From assembly GCA_009777825.1 (NCBI GenBank), contig WRLA01000003.1, forward strand, positions 4,898 through 68,897: a DNA stretch of 64,000 nucleotides, written 5' to 3'. How positions within the stretch are numbered: the first letter of the stretch is position 1; each line of letters opens with the position of its first letter. The notes beneath the pieces are model-generated. The model made no database searches and was not told the DNA's origin. It saw only the letters and a program-made list of their open reading frames with translations. This DNA is from Bacteroidales bacterium (lineage in GTDB: Bacteria > Bacteroidota > Bacteroidia > Bacteroidales > WRLA01). Both the position numbers and the translations under genes were made by a program. Positions 1 through 8,917 of the stretch are shown here, piece after piece.

Positions 1-767
1 TGCGCCTCCGGTTCCTCAAATAACAAAACGGAGTTTTTATTAGAGGCAATAGCCGTTTTATAAAAAATAACTCGTTGCAATGTATCGGCAATGGAAGAAT
101 AGGGGATTTGTAATACTTCCGCTTCACCTAAACGGCGTTGTATTTTTATACTCTTGCTTGCTTTGTCTAAAACATACTCTAAATTGAATTTTGAAAATTC
201 CTGTTTCATCCATTCTTTGACACCTATTACATCTTTGTTATAAGAAAGCACATCAATAATATTTTCACCAAAAGGTGGAAGCAAAAAATTATCACCTACA
301 AAATTTTCTGTATTTCTTATATCTTTTATGTTAGGTGAGAATATATATCTATTAAATCCGCCAAAGTCAGTCAAATGTGATTCTGATTCTTTTTTACGCA
401 TAAGATAAACACCGGCAAATTCACTGTTTGGTGAAAATCTATATTCAGTTCGATATTTATTATCATCACAAAAAATAGATAGATTTGGACATACTGACAC
501 TTCAATACTTTCTATGTCTGTTTCAATAGAAGTCCAAGTATCTTCTGTGTGAATTAATTCATATTTGTTTTCAAAACGAACTAAGCGATTCAGGCTATCT
601 CCTTCTTCAAGGCAAGAAACGGAAAATAAACTCAACGCCTCCAACACATTTGATTTTCCTACATTCGGATAACCGATAAAAAGGTTAATCCGCCTGCAAT
701 CTTCCAATTTCAATTTAGCAATTGACTTGAAATTTTGAATATTTACATATTTAATGAAGTTTTCCAT
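1..767 (-). CDS. ABC/AAA_15-AAA_21-type ATPase (partial, runs off window start)
   Basis: Manual translation MENFIKYVNIQNFKSIAKLKLEDCRRINLFIGYPNVGKSNVLEAL...LLFEEPEA: Walker A GxPNVGKS and Walker B hhhEEPE; not in ORF track. Confidence 0.8.
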   Translation of the reverse strand, partial: MENFIKYVNIQNFKSIAKLKLEDCRRINLFIGYPNVGKSNVLEALSLFSVSCLEEGDSLNRLVRFENKYELIHTEDTWTSIETDIESIEVSVCPNLSIFCDDNKYRTEYRFSPNSEFAGVYLMRKKESESHLTDFGGFNRYIFSPNIKDIRNTENFVGDNFLLPPFGENIIDVLSYNKDVIGVKEWMKQEFSKFNLEYVLDKASKSIKIQRRLGEAEVLQIPYSSIADTLQRVIFYKTAIASNKNSVLLFEEPEA

Positions 768-793
768 ATTTATTATTTCTTTTATTACGATTT

Positions 794-1903
794 TTATATT
801 CTTTTGTTTTTAATGATTACTCTTGCGTAGATACTTGAATATAATTCTCCTGTTTCTACGTCTTTAAATGCAGGCGTTTTGTCTTTTTTTGCATCATACA
901 ATCTGTACAATGTGCCTTTGGCGTTAAATGTAAATTTGCCTGTTGGTTTCCCATTTTTATCTAAAATTTCCATTTTGCGATTTGAAGTAAAATCTATTGA
1001 ACCAACTATACCAAGAGCCAATATTTCAAATTGGTCTGGATTATATTTGTCAAGAAATGTAATAGGGACACCCATTAAACCTTTATAATCAATGGGAATT
1101 TCATTTGTTTTATCAACATTTATTGCTTCAAAGTTTTTGTAGGTTGGATATTCTTCGGGAGTATAATTTTTGTAGAGGATTAACTCTTCGTGTCGTTTTG
1201 CATTGTCAAGATTAGTAAACCAACAGGTATTATTAGTTGAAACAATTCTGTTTCCATTTTCATCAATTCGGGCTTCTGTGCCGTGCATTGAATAATGATT
1301 GGGAACTATGAACCCTGAAAAATTACGATTACTGTTTATCTCTATCCATAATTTGTTTTCCTTTATCAGTTTGAAAATTTCTTTGTATGATATTGCATTC
1401 CAAGTGCCTATAATGAGGAATTTCTTTTCAAACTCAATGAGTTGGGCGACATATTCGCGAAATAAAGAAAATGGGGGATTCGTAACAACAATATCAACTT
1501 GTTTGAGCAGGTCTATACATTCTTTGGAACGAAAATCGCCATCGCCAATTAAGTGTTTAATGCCAATTTCTTCTGGATCGGGCAAATTATTGATATTTTT
1601 ATCGCCATTGTACTCAAGGTAAATTGCTCTTTCAGATTTATGTTCACTGAATAAGTCCCAATTTTGGTTTTTGTAGCAGGTAGTAATTAACTTTTTTAGC
1701 CCTAACTTCTCAAAGTTGAAAGAAAAGTAATGGAAAAAATTACTCACTCTCGGGTCATCGCAATTACAAAGAACTACTTTGTCTTGAAAATGCTTTTTAT
1801 AGTATTTCAATTCTTTTTCAATGTCTGAAAGAATAGTATAAAACTCATCGTTTTTAGCCTTTTTCGCCTCTTTCAAGTTCTTATTTGTCGCATTTCTTGC
1901 CAT
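794..1903 (-). CDS. Adenine-specific DNA methyltransferase, EcoRI-methylase family
   Basis: AKKAKNDEFYT, LCNCDDP, DGDFRS, DIVVTNPPFSLFREY, GVPITFLDKYNPDQF motifs; start reassigned to MARNATN downstream of TATCTTTGCA promoter. Confidence 0.88.
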   Translation of the reverse strand: MARNATNKNLKEAKKAKNDEFYTILSDIEKELKYYKKHFQDKVVLCNCDDPRVSNFFHYFSFNFEKLGLKKLITTCYKNQNWDLFSEHKSERAIYLEYNGDKNINNLPDPEEIGIKHLIGDGDFRSKECIDLLKQVDIVVTNPPFSLFREYVAQLIEFEKKFLIIGTWNAISYKEIFKLIKENKLWIEINSNRNFSGFIVPNHYSMHGTEARIDENGNRIVSTNNTCWFTNLDNAKRHEELILYKNYTPEEYPTYKNFEAINVDKTNEIPIDYKGLMGVPITFLDKYNPDQFEILALGIVGSIDFTSNRKMEILDKNGKPTGKFTFNAKGTLYRLYDAKKDKTPAFKDVETGELYSSIYARVIIKNKRI

Positions 1904-2241
1904 TTTAATTTCTTTTTTATTCAGACTGCAAAGATAGCGTTTTTTCAGCGATTTTTCCGCTTTTTTCACCTGTCAATTTCTCGTTTCCAAATACGCACGC
2001 ACTGTCCCGCTATTGCTTACAACTCCTAAATATACGCATACCCCCATCCCACCATCGCTCAAACCTTTATGCGCATTTTCAATGTAAATCATTCTTTATT
2101 AAGAACTTATACTGTTTCTCCTTGTTGCGCATTTTGTATATTTTTTTGTTGCTCAAAATGATACAAATACGCAACGCATAAAAACGGCGACAAAGGTACG
2201 ACATTTTCTTTTATCTGTAAAACCTTTTTCGTTTTTTGCTG

Positions 2242-2292
2242 TCTCACATCTCAAATCGCACATCTCAAATCTCCCATCTCAAATCTCACATC
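2242..2292. repeat. Heptamer tandem run (TCACATC/TCAAATC, ~7 units) forming the uvrA 3' end
   Basis: tctcacatc tcaaatc gcacatc tcaaatc tcccatc tcaaatc tcacatc; related runs at 29179-29214, 40611-40638, 62759-62781. Confidence 0.85.
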
Positions 2293-5133
2293 CCCCATCG
2301 CCTTCCCCGTATGCGACCCCTCGCAGAGCATCAGTTCGTCAGGTGTTCCGGCGAAGAGCAGATGTCCGCCGTCGTGTCCGCCTTCGGGACCGAGGTCAAT
2401 GATCCAGTCTGCCGTTTTGATGACTTCCATGTTGTGTTCGATGACGATGACGGAGTGTCCTTTGTCTATCAGGGCGTTGAGCGAGTGGAGCAGTTTGCTG
2501 ATGTCGTGGAAATGGAGACCGGTGGTTGGTTCGTCGAAGATAAACAGGGTTGGGCTGTAGTTGGATTTGGAGAGGAAGTAGGCGAGTTTCACCCGTTGCG
2601 CCTCGCCGCCGGAGAGGGTGGCGGTGGACTGTCCGAGTTTCAGGTAGCCCAAGCCGGTGTTTTGGAGGGCGTGCAGTTTTTCCAAGATATGTTTCACGTG
2701 GCTGTTTTTCTCCGGTTCCTGATGGAAAAAGTCTATCACCTCGTCAATGGTTTTTTCCAACAGTTCGGAGATGTTGACGTCGCGGTATTTCACATCCAAG
2801 ACCTCCTGTTTAAACCGTTTCCCGTTACATTCCTGACACTCCAACCAGACGTCCGCCATAAACTGCATCTCGATTTTTATTTTCCCTTCCCCTTCGCACA
2901 CTTCGCAGCGTCCGCCGGGGACGTTGAAAGAGAAAAATCCCGGTTTATAGCCCCGTGTCTTGGAGAGCGGTTGGATGGCGTAGAGGTTTCGTATCTCGTC
3001 GTAGGCGCCGATGTAGGTCGCCGGATTGGAACGGCTGGAGCGTCCGATGGGGTTTTGGTCAACTAATTCCACGTTGCTGATGCGTGCCGTGCTGCCTTCG
3101 ATGGTGCGGTGCGTTCCGGTATGTTCGTCGCAGGAGTCGAACAGTTTTTTCAGAGCCGGATACAAAATCTGTTTCACCAATGTCGTTTTCCCCGAGCCGG
3201 AGACGCCGCTGACGACGGTTAAGGTGTTCAATGGAAAGGTAACGTCAATATTTTTAAGATTGTGTTCTTGAGCGCCGACGACGGTGATGTATTCGTTCCA
3301 TTTTCGACGGACAGAAGGCGTGGCAACGGTCAACGACCGCGAGAGATATTGCGCCGTAAGGCTTTTTTTCGTCTTCAGCAGGTTGGGCAACGTTCCCGAA
3401 AAGACGACCTCGCCGCCGAGATAACCTGCCAACGGTCCGATGTCAATAATCTGGTCGGCGGTGCGGATGATCTCTTCATCGTGTTCAACCACTACGACGG
3501 TGTTTCCCAAGTCGCGCAACTTTTTCAGCAATCGGATAAGCCGTTGGGTGTCTCGCGAGTGCAGCCCGACGCTGGGTTCGTCCAAAACATAGATAGAACC
3601 GACCAAATTACTTCCCAGCGACGTCGCCAACTGAATCCGCTGCGACTCTCCGCCCGACAAGGTGTTCGACAGGCGGTTGAGCGTCAGATAGCCCAATCCG
3701 ATGTCGTACAGAAACTCCAACCGTTTGACAATTTCAACCATCAGGCGTTCCGATATTTGCCGTTCATAATCGTCTAACGGAATGGTTTGGAACGTTTTAT
3801 ACAGTTGGTCAATCGGCATCTGCACCATGTCGCTGATGGTCATTCCCGCAATCTTCACGTAGTTGGCTTCTTTGCGCAGTCGCGTTCCCTTGCAGTCGGG
3901 ACAGGTGGTTTTGCCCTGATAACGCGCCTGCATGACGCGGTATTGGATTTTATGCATGTTGTCCGTTACCATTTTGAAAAAGTCGTCAATGCCTTCGAGT
4001 TCCGGAGCGCCTTGCCACAGCAGTTGTTTCTGTTCCGGCGTCAGTTCAAAATAGGGGCGATGTATCGGAAAGTGGTATGCCGCCGCCTCTCTGATGAAAT
4101 CATTCCGCCACGTGCCCATCGTAGGACCCCGCCACGGCGCTACGGCGCCTTCATAAATCGACATCCTCTTATCGGGAATCACCAAATCCTCGTCAATGCC
4201 GATGACCGAGCCGAAACCGTCGCACCGTTTACAGGCGCCGTAAGGATTGTTAAACGAAAAAAGATGCTCCGTAGGCTCTTCAAACACGATGCCGTCCGCC
4301 TCGAAACGGTTGGAAAAGGTGTGGCGTTTATATCCATCCGGTACGGTTTCAGTATCCATAAGACCGTCTTCTTTCTGGGGATTGCGGGTCAAGCCCGCAA
4401 TGACGGGGGAGGTTTCAACATCCACAATGCAACTTCCTTTTCCCTCGTAGAAAGCGCTTTGGACGGAGTCGGAACAGCGCGACATGAGGTCGTTGTCTTT
4501 CTTGAGCGACAGACGGTCAATGACGATATAAATTTGATTTTTTTCGGTGATATGGGAAAAATCCTGCGGAACGTCAATTCTTACCTGCTGACCGTCAACC
4601 ATTAAGCGGGAAAAACCCTGTTGCAGCAAGAGTTGGAAATGTTCATTGACGGAACGCTCTTTCAACGTAATGGGCGCGAGAATGAGCAACCGTGTGTTGT
4701 CGGGAAATGAAAAGATGAAATCCGTAACGTTGCTCACGGAGTCGTATTTCACCAATGCTCCCGAAACGGGCGAGTAGGTCTTTCCGATGCGGGCAAAGAG
4801 CAGTTTCAGGTATTCGTAAACCTCTGTCGAGGTGCCGACGGTGCTACGCGGATTGCGGGTGTTGACGTGCTGCTGGATGGCAACGGTCGGCGAAATGCCG
4901 GTGATGGATTCCACTTCGGGCTTGTTGATGCGTCCCAGAAACTGACGCGCATAAGCACTCAGGCTCTCTACATAACGACGCTGTCCTTCGGCATAGAGGG
5001 TGTCGAAAGCCAAGGTGGACTTTCCCGAACCGCTCAATCCAGTGATTACCACCAACTTATTGCGTTCAATCTCGACGTCAATATGTTTGAGGTTGTTCTG
5101 ATGGGCGCCTTTGATGATGATGTTATTTTGCAT
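2251..5133 (-). CDS. uvrA: Excinuclease ABC subunit A
   Basis: GLSGSGKSTLAFDTLYAEGQRRYVESLS, two LSGGE signatures, Zn fingers. Confidence 0.98.
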   Translation of the reverse strand: MQNNIIIKGAHQNNLKHIDVEIERNKLVVITGLSGSGKSTLAFDTLYAEGQRRYVESLSAYARQFLGRINKPEVESITGISPTVAIQQHVNTRNPRSTVGTSTEVYEYLKLLFARIGKTYSPVSGALVKYDSVSNVTDFIFSFPDNTRLLILAPITLKERSVNEHFQLLLQQGFSRLMVDGQQVRIDVPQDFSHITEKNQIYIVIDRLSLKKDNDLMSRCSDSVQSAFYEGKGSCIVDVETSPVIAGLTRNPQKEDGLMDTETVPDGYKRHTFSNRFEADGIVFEEPTEHLFSFNNPYGACKRCDGFGSVIGIDEDLVIPDKRMSIYEGAVAPWRGPTMGTWRNDFIREAAAYHFPIHRPYFELTPEQKQLLWQGAPELEGIDDFFKMVTDNMHKIQYRVMQARYQGKTTCPDCKGTRLRKEANYVKIAGMTISDMVQMPIDQLYKTFQTIPLDDYERQISERLMVEIVKRLEFLYDIGLGYLTLNRLSNTLSGGESQRIQLATSLGSNLVGSIYVLDEPSVGLHSRDTQRLIRLLKKLRDLGNTVVVVEHDEEIIRTADQIIDIGPLAGYLGGEVVFSGTLPNLLKTKKSLTAQYLSRSLTVATPSVRRKWNEYITVVGAQEHNLKNIDVTFPLNTLTVVSGVSGSGKTTLVKQILYPALKKLFDSCDEHTGTHRTIEGSTARISNVELVDQNPIGRSSRSNPATYIGAYDEIRNLYAIQPLSKTRGYKPGFFSFNVPGGRCEVCEGEGKIKIEMQFMADVWLECQECNGKRFKQEVLDVKYRDVNISELLEKTIDEVIDFFHQEPEKNSHVKHILEKLHALQNTGLGYLKLGQSTATLSGGEAQRVKLAYFLSKSNYSPTLFIFDEPTTGLHFHDISKLLHSLNALIDKGHSVIVIEHNMEVIKTADWIIDLGPEGGHDGGHLLFAGTPDELMLCEGSHTGKAMGDVRFEMGDLRCAI
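4379..4405. repeat. Palindromic element (CGTCATTGCG family) in frame in uvrA
   Basis: ATTGCGGG-tcaag-CCCGCAAT hairpin plus GACG tail; translated as PVIAGLTRNP. Confidence 0.8.
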
Positions 5134-5146
5134 GATAATTTTTTCA

Positions 5147-5195
5147 ATAATTTATTTATTTTCTAGTTGCAAAGGTACAGCTAATTTTCAACATT
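5147..5195 (-). promoter_or_regulatory. uvrA promoter (TACCTTTG -7 box), duplicated at 7707-7755
   Basis: 46/49 identity between the two copies; Bacteroidetes TAnnTTTG consensus. Confidence 0.8.
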
Positions 5196-5334
5196 GCAAC
5201 ACATTGGGGGAAAAGGTACGAATATTTATAATACCAAACAAATTTTCGTCTCACATCCGAATTAGAAATCCAAATGCTTGCCCAAGCGAATGAATAAAAT
5301 TAAATTGTTTCCAAAACCCCATCATCCATTTCCC

Positions 5335-6795
5335 CTACCTCTTCACCCACTTCCCATGCATCGCCTCGCCATTGTCGGCAATGACGCGATAGAGATAGCA
5401 GCCCGACGGCAGTTTTTCCGTATTGACTTCTTTGCCGTTTTGCTGTGTCAGCAGCAGTTTCCCCTGTAAATCATACAATTGCAGGGTGAAGTTGACGAGT
5501 TCGGTTTGGATGAGAAACTGATTGTTGCCCGGATTGGGAAAGATGGTTACAAGAGGTTTGGACTTTTCCGGCTCGGAGATGGAGGTGAAATCCGGCTTGG
5601 AAAGTTTCGCTATAAAAGTATTCCTTTTTTTTTCCCCTTTGCGCCAGTCGTAGCGTGACGCCGCAAGAACACAACCGCCGTCAGGCGTCGGACTTACATA
5701 AAACAACTCATAATATGCATCATTGCCGATATTGGTTGCCCACAATGAATCCAAATCATAGTCGAAAGCATAAGCCATAATGAAATTGTCGTAGTTTGAA
5801 TAGGCATCCGAAGAACTGAAAGCAAAGCCTCCCACAAAAAAATAATCGGGATGCATCGCCAAAGCTTTAAAGGCGCCGGAATAACAACCACGCCCTTCCT
5901 CAAAACCTTCATAACCAAACTTCCTCACTTTGGCTTCGTTTCTTGAAGCTGTATCCATTTTTTTGACTGCCAACAAATCGCGGTAATCAGATTTGTTTTT
6001 CTCAATGCGTCCCGACCGGATAAACTCCGTATTATTGAAAAACTCCAAATCAAGCGGGAAACGCATATCCGGATTTTGATTGGGGTAGATGGTCGGGTAA
6101 ATAGAGTACAGATAGTTTAAATCATCATCCATAACTGCAGTTTGCCGATCAAAAGTAGAACGATTCATCAAAAAATGGGATGTTTCTGGAATTTGACGTA
6201 TATAAAAAACAGGATTCCACGGTGCAGGATTAGGCTCTTCCGGAAGAGGGATGGATACCCTTTTCATTAATTCGCCATAGTCAGTAACTTTATATGAAAA
6301 AGTCTGGCTCGTTTCGTATATATAAGTTCCTATAAAATAGTGATTGCTCCAATGCTGAAACTGCATAAAAGTCGGCTCATAATTAATGGTATCAATAATC
6401 TGTTCCCATTGAACATTGAAATTATCGTCAAATTCAAATATCCAAAGGTATTTAGATGTTTCAATACCGGTCCATTGCACTCCTAATCCAAGATAAGTGT
6501 TTTCGTGTATGGATTGACCAATCTGTATAATTCTATTAAACCGGTTCGGCACTGAAGAAAAGAGCAATGAATCGGTAATATTGCCGTTTGCATCAATTCG
6601 AATCAATTCGGCTATACCGTCTTCCAAACCCAATCTATCTAAAACTGCAATAACTTCATTATTTTCCGTGGCTATAGCACAAGGTGATACGCTTTCGCCT
6701 GCTCTTTCAATGGTCAGTGTATAACTACTCTGAGACCAAAGGCTTTGCCAACTTATGATGGGCAGAAACAGTAATAAAAAAAGATGTTTTTTCAT
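5335..6795 (-). CDS. Secreted protein with T9SS type A C-terminal sorting domain
   Basis: Signal peptide; C-terminus IFPNPGNN...LYDLQGK...LPSGCYLY...KWVK. Confidence 0.88.
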   Translation of the reverse strand: MKKHLFLLLFLPIISWQSLWSQSSYTLTIERAGESVSPCAIATENNEVIAVLDRLGLEDGIAELIRIDANGNITDSLLFSSVPNRFNRIIQIGQSIHENTYLGLGVQWTGIETSKYLWIFEFDDNFNVQWEQIIDTINYEPTFMQFQHWSNHYFIGTYIYETSQTFSYKVTDYGELMKRVSIPLPEEPNPAPWNPVFYIRQIPETSHFLMNRSTFDRQTAVMDDDLNYLYSIYPTIYPNQNPDMRFPLDLEFFNNTEFIRSGRIEKNKSDYRDLLAVKKMDTASRNEAKVRKFGYEGFEEGRGCYSGAFKALAMHPDYFFVGGFAFSSSDAYSNYDNFIMAYAFDYDLDSLWATNIGNDAYYELFYVSPTPDGGCVLAASRYDWRKGEKKRNTFIAKLSKPDFTSISEPEKSKPLVTIFPNPGNNQFLIQTELVNFTLQLYDLQGKLLLTQQNGKEVNTEKLPSGCYLYRVIADNGEAMHGKWVKR

Positions 6796-6814
6796 AAAAA
6801 GTTAAATATAAAAT

Positions 6815-6940
6815 GTAAGGTTGTCCAAAAAATTTATCACTTTGAAAACACAAAGTTACTATACGAAAAACGTTACTATTCAAATATTAGTGTACTTTAT
6901 GAAAAATTCATGGTAACGCATTATCTTCGAACAACCTTAC
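6815..6940. mobile_element. 126-bp MITE-like element
   Basis: Perfect 10-bp TIR GTAAGGTTGT/ACAACCTTAC, imperfectly extendable; internal TAACTTTG promoter box facing the T9SS gene. Confidence 0.55.
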
Positions 6941-6953
6941 GAAGTTAAAATCA

Positions 6954-7532
6954 TTACTTAATCGGAGGATTAGGCTTTACATGTCTAATGGCATAATTAA
7001 CATAGCCGTAATGAAATTCTTCACGAATTGGTATCGAAACATAATAAGCGTAATAAAAGAGATAAGAAACCAAATCTTTTCCGGCAGGACAATTGTTATT
7101 GCCACGATTTTTTAAATTAGTCAAATAAAAATTTAGAACATCAGGCGATAAAATACGTGATCCATAGCTATTATACTCGGGATACTCACAATAAAACATA
7201 GTACTCATCAAAGGATCATCCGTATTCGGATTATAGTTAGGGTTAGGCTCGTGTTCACATTCTTGAATCATGTGATCAGAATAATCAGTATAATAGATAG
7301 TGCCACCAACTACTCCAATCTTTTGAATAGAGTAATTGGCTTTATCTTGGATTTTGGATGCAGCTATCTCACAGTTCCAATATTCGCTTGCTGTGTCCAT
7401 AAAACGATAACCATGAGGCTGTGCGCCAAGTTTGGTTACCACGTTATGCGATATTATTGATACGAAGCATTTGTTACTCTTATACCCGGCGTATAGCATT
7501 TCGCCGTATAAGCCTCTTCGCCCGGAGTACAA
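6954..7532 (-). pseudogene. Hypothetical protein, probably 5'-truncated
   Basis: Tyr/Cys-rich ORF overlapping the upstream gene, no convincing start. Confidence 0.45.
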
Positions 7533-7708
7533 AGTTGCATGATGAAATTACCCATCCCGACCATCTCCATACCTTTTTTTAATGCTTCTTCGTTGTCTTC
7601 AGAAGCATATATCACTTTCTTATCCGAAATTATAAGGTGCTTTCCGTTATAACGTCTCAGCAACTCATCCTGATTTGCCAAATAATAATAGAAATTTTGT
7701 ATCAACAT
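7454..7708 (-). CDS. Small hypothetical protein (DUF5678-like)
   Basis: YYLANQDELLRRYNGKHLIISDKKVI...GNFIMQLC; own promoter at 7707-7755. Confidence 0.65.
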   Translation of the reverse strand: MLIQNFYYYLANQDELLRRYNGKHLIISDKKVIYASEDNEEALKKGMEMVGMGNFIMQLCTPGEEAYTAKCYTPGIRVTNASYQ

Positions 7709-7753
7709 AATTCATTTATTTTATAGTTGCAAAGGTACAACTAATTTTCAACA

Positions 7754-8533
7754 TTACGCATGTTCTCTGATTGATTGTGTAAGTATTTGATAGATTCCCA
7801 GCAGTTTCGGTTCGCTTTGGAGCAACTCCAAATGCTTCCGAATGGTTTCGAGGTCGTTGCGGACGGCAGGACCGGTTTGTAACGACATCGGATTGTCGCT
7901 GTTTTCTATCCGTGTCGCCGTCTCCCGAATCAACGGAAGAAGTAGTTGAAAGTCCAATCCGTTCTCCTGCATGAGTTCCGCCGCCAAGCCGTACATGAAG
8001 TTGGTGAAATTACAGGCAAAGACGGCGGCTATATGTAATATCTTGCGTTGCTCGCCCTTCAACGGAATCACGGTGTCGGAAAAGAGGTGAGCAAAAGTTG
8101 TTAAAGCATCGGTGTCCGATGGAGTGGCTGCCTCCACGAAAACCGGAAACCCTCCCATCAGGAGGGGAGAGTTGTTTTTATTGAACGTCTGCAACGGATA
8201 GATCACGCCTTGCCGCCGGTGTTTTTTGTCAATAGCGTCTATCGCCGCGGCGCCCGAAACGTGAACTGTTACTCCGTCATTTTCGGGCAACAGTGCGCTG
8301 ACGGGGGCGATGGCATCATCGGAAGTACAGATCAGATAGACGTCGGCGTCTTTCGGCGCCCGTTCCAAGTCGTCAACGACCGGACAGCGCAACCGCTCCG
8401 CCAGTGCCTCCGCATGTCGAACGGTGCGACTGTAAACGCCTACAAAACGACAGCCTTTCGCCGACAACGCCGCCGACAGATGCCACGCTACGTTGCCGGA
8501 TCCGAGGAGGAGGATGGTGGGGGAGGGGATCAT
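7754..8533 (-). CDS. Rossmann-like / DUF2520 domain oxidoreductase
   Basis: LLGSGNVAWHL, YPLQTF, LHIAAVFACNFTN, QTGPAVRND. Confidence 0.9.
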   Translation of the reverse strand: MIPSPTILLLGSGNVAWHLSAALSAKGCRFVGVYSRTVRHAEALAERLRCPVVDDLERAPKDADVYLICTSDDAIAPVSALLPENDGVTVHVSGAAAIDAIDKKHRRQGVIYPLQTFNKNNSPLLMGGFPVFVEAATPSDTDALTTFAHLFSDTVIPLKGEQRKILHIAAVFACNFTNFMYGLAAELMQENGLDFQLLLPLIRETATRIENSDNPMSLQTGPAVRNDLETIRKHLELLQSEPKLLGIYQILTQSIREHA

Positions 8534-8539
8534 TGTTAT

Positions 8540-8632
8540 TTATGACAGTTCTTGTTTACTTTCGCGAACAAAAAAACTTACTATTGCAATGACGCCAACG
8601 GTAATAGCTACTATAAAAATACTCAATCCCAT
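8540..8632 (-). CDS. 30-aa single-TM peptide (not in ORF track)
   Basis: MGLSIFIVAITVGVIAIVSFFVRESKQELS*, starts 2 nt after the upstream stop. Confidence 0.6.
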   Translation of the reverse strand: MGLSIFIVAITVGVIAIVSFFVRESKQELS

Positions 8633-8634
8633 AA

Positions 8635-8835
8635 CTACTTTTCCTTTCTTTTTGGTTTTAATTTGTATAAATAAAAGCCTAAGAATATCAGCATGGCAGC
8701 ACAAACAGAACCGCTGATATACAATACCAAGGTATTTATATTCTCAGATATTATACTTGCTAAAATAACTCCACCGATAATCAGTTTAGCAATATCTATC
8801 AGCAAATCACCTGCTTTTTCTTGGACATTCATCAC
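8635..8835 (-). CDS. Small two-TM membrane protein (DUF6722-like)
   Basis: EKAGDLLIDIAKLIIGGVILASI; TACCTTTG promoter at ~8863-8870. Confidence 0.7.
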   Translation of the reverse strand: MMNVQEKAGDLLIDIAKLIIGGVILASIISENINTLVLYISGSVCAAMLIFLGFYLYKLKPKRKEK

Positions 8836-8917
8836 TTCTATATCTTTATGTTAACAAGAGCACAAAGGTACGAAATTAATTGAGAATTGAGTTGAAAATT
8901 GAAAAAATAAAACATTT

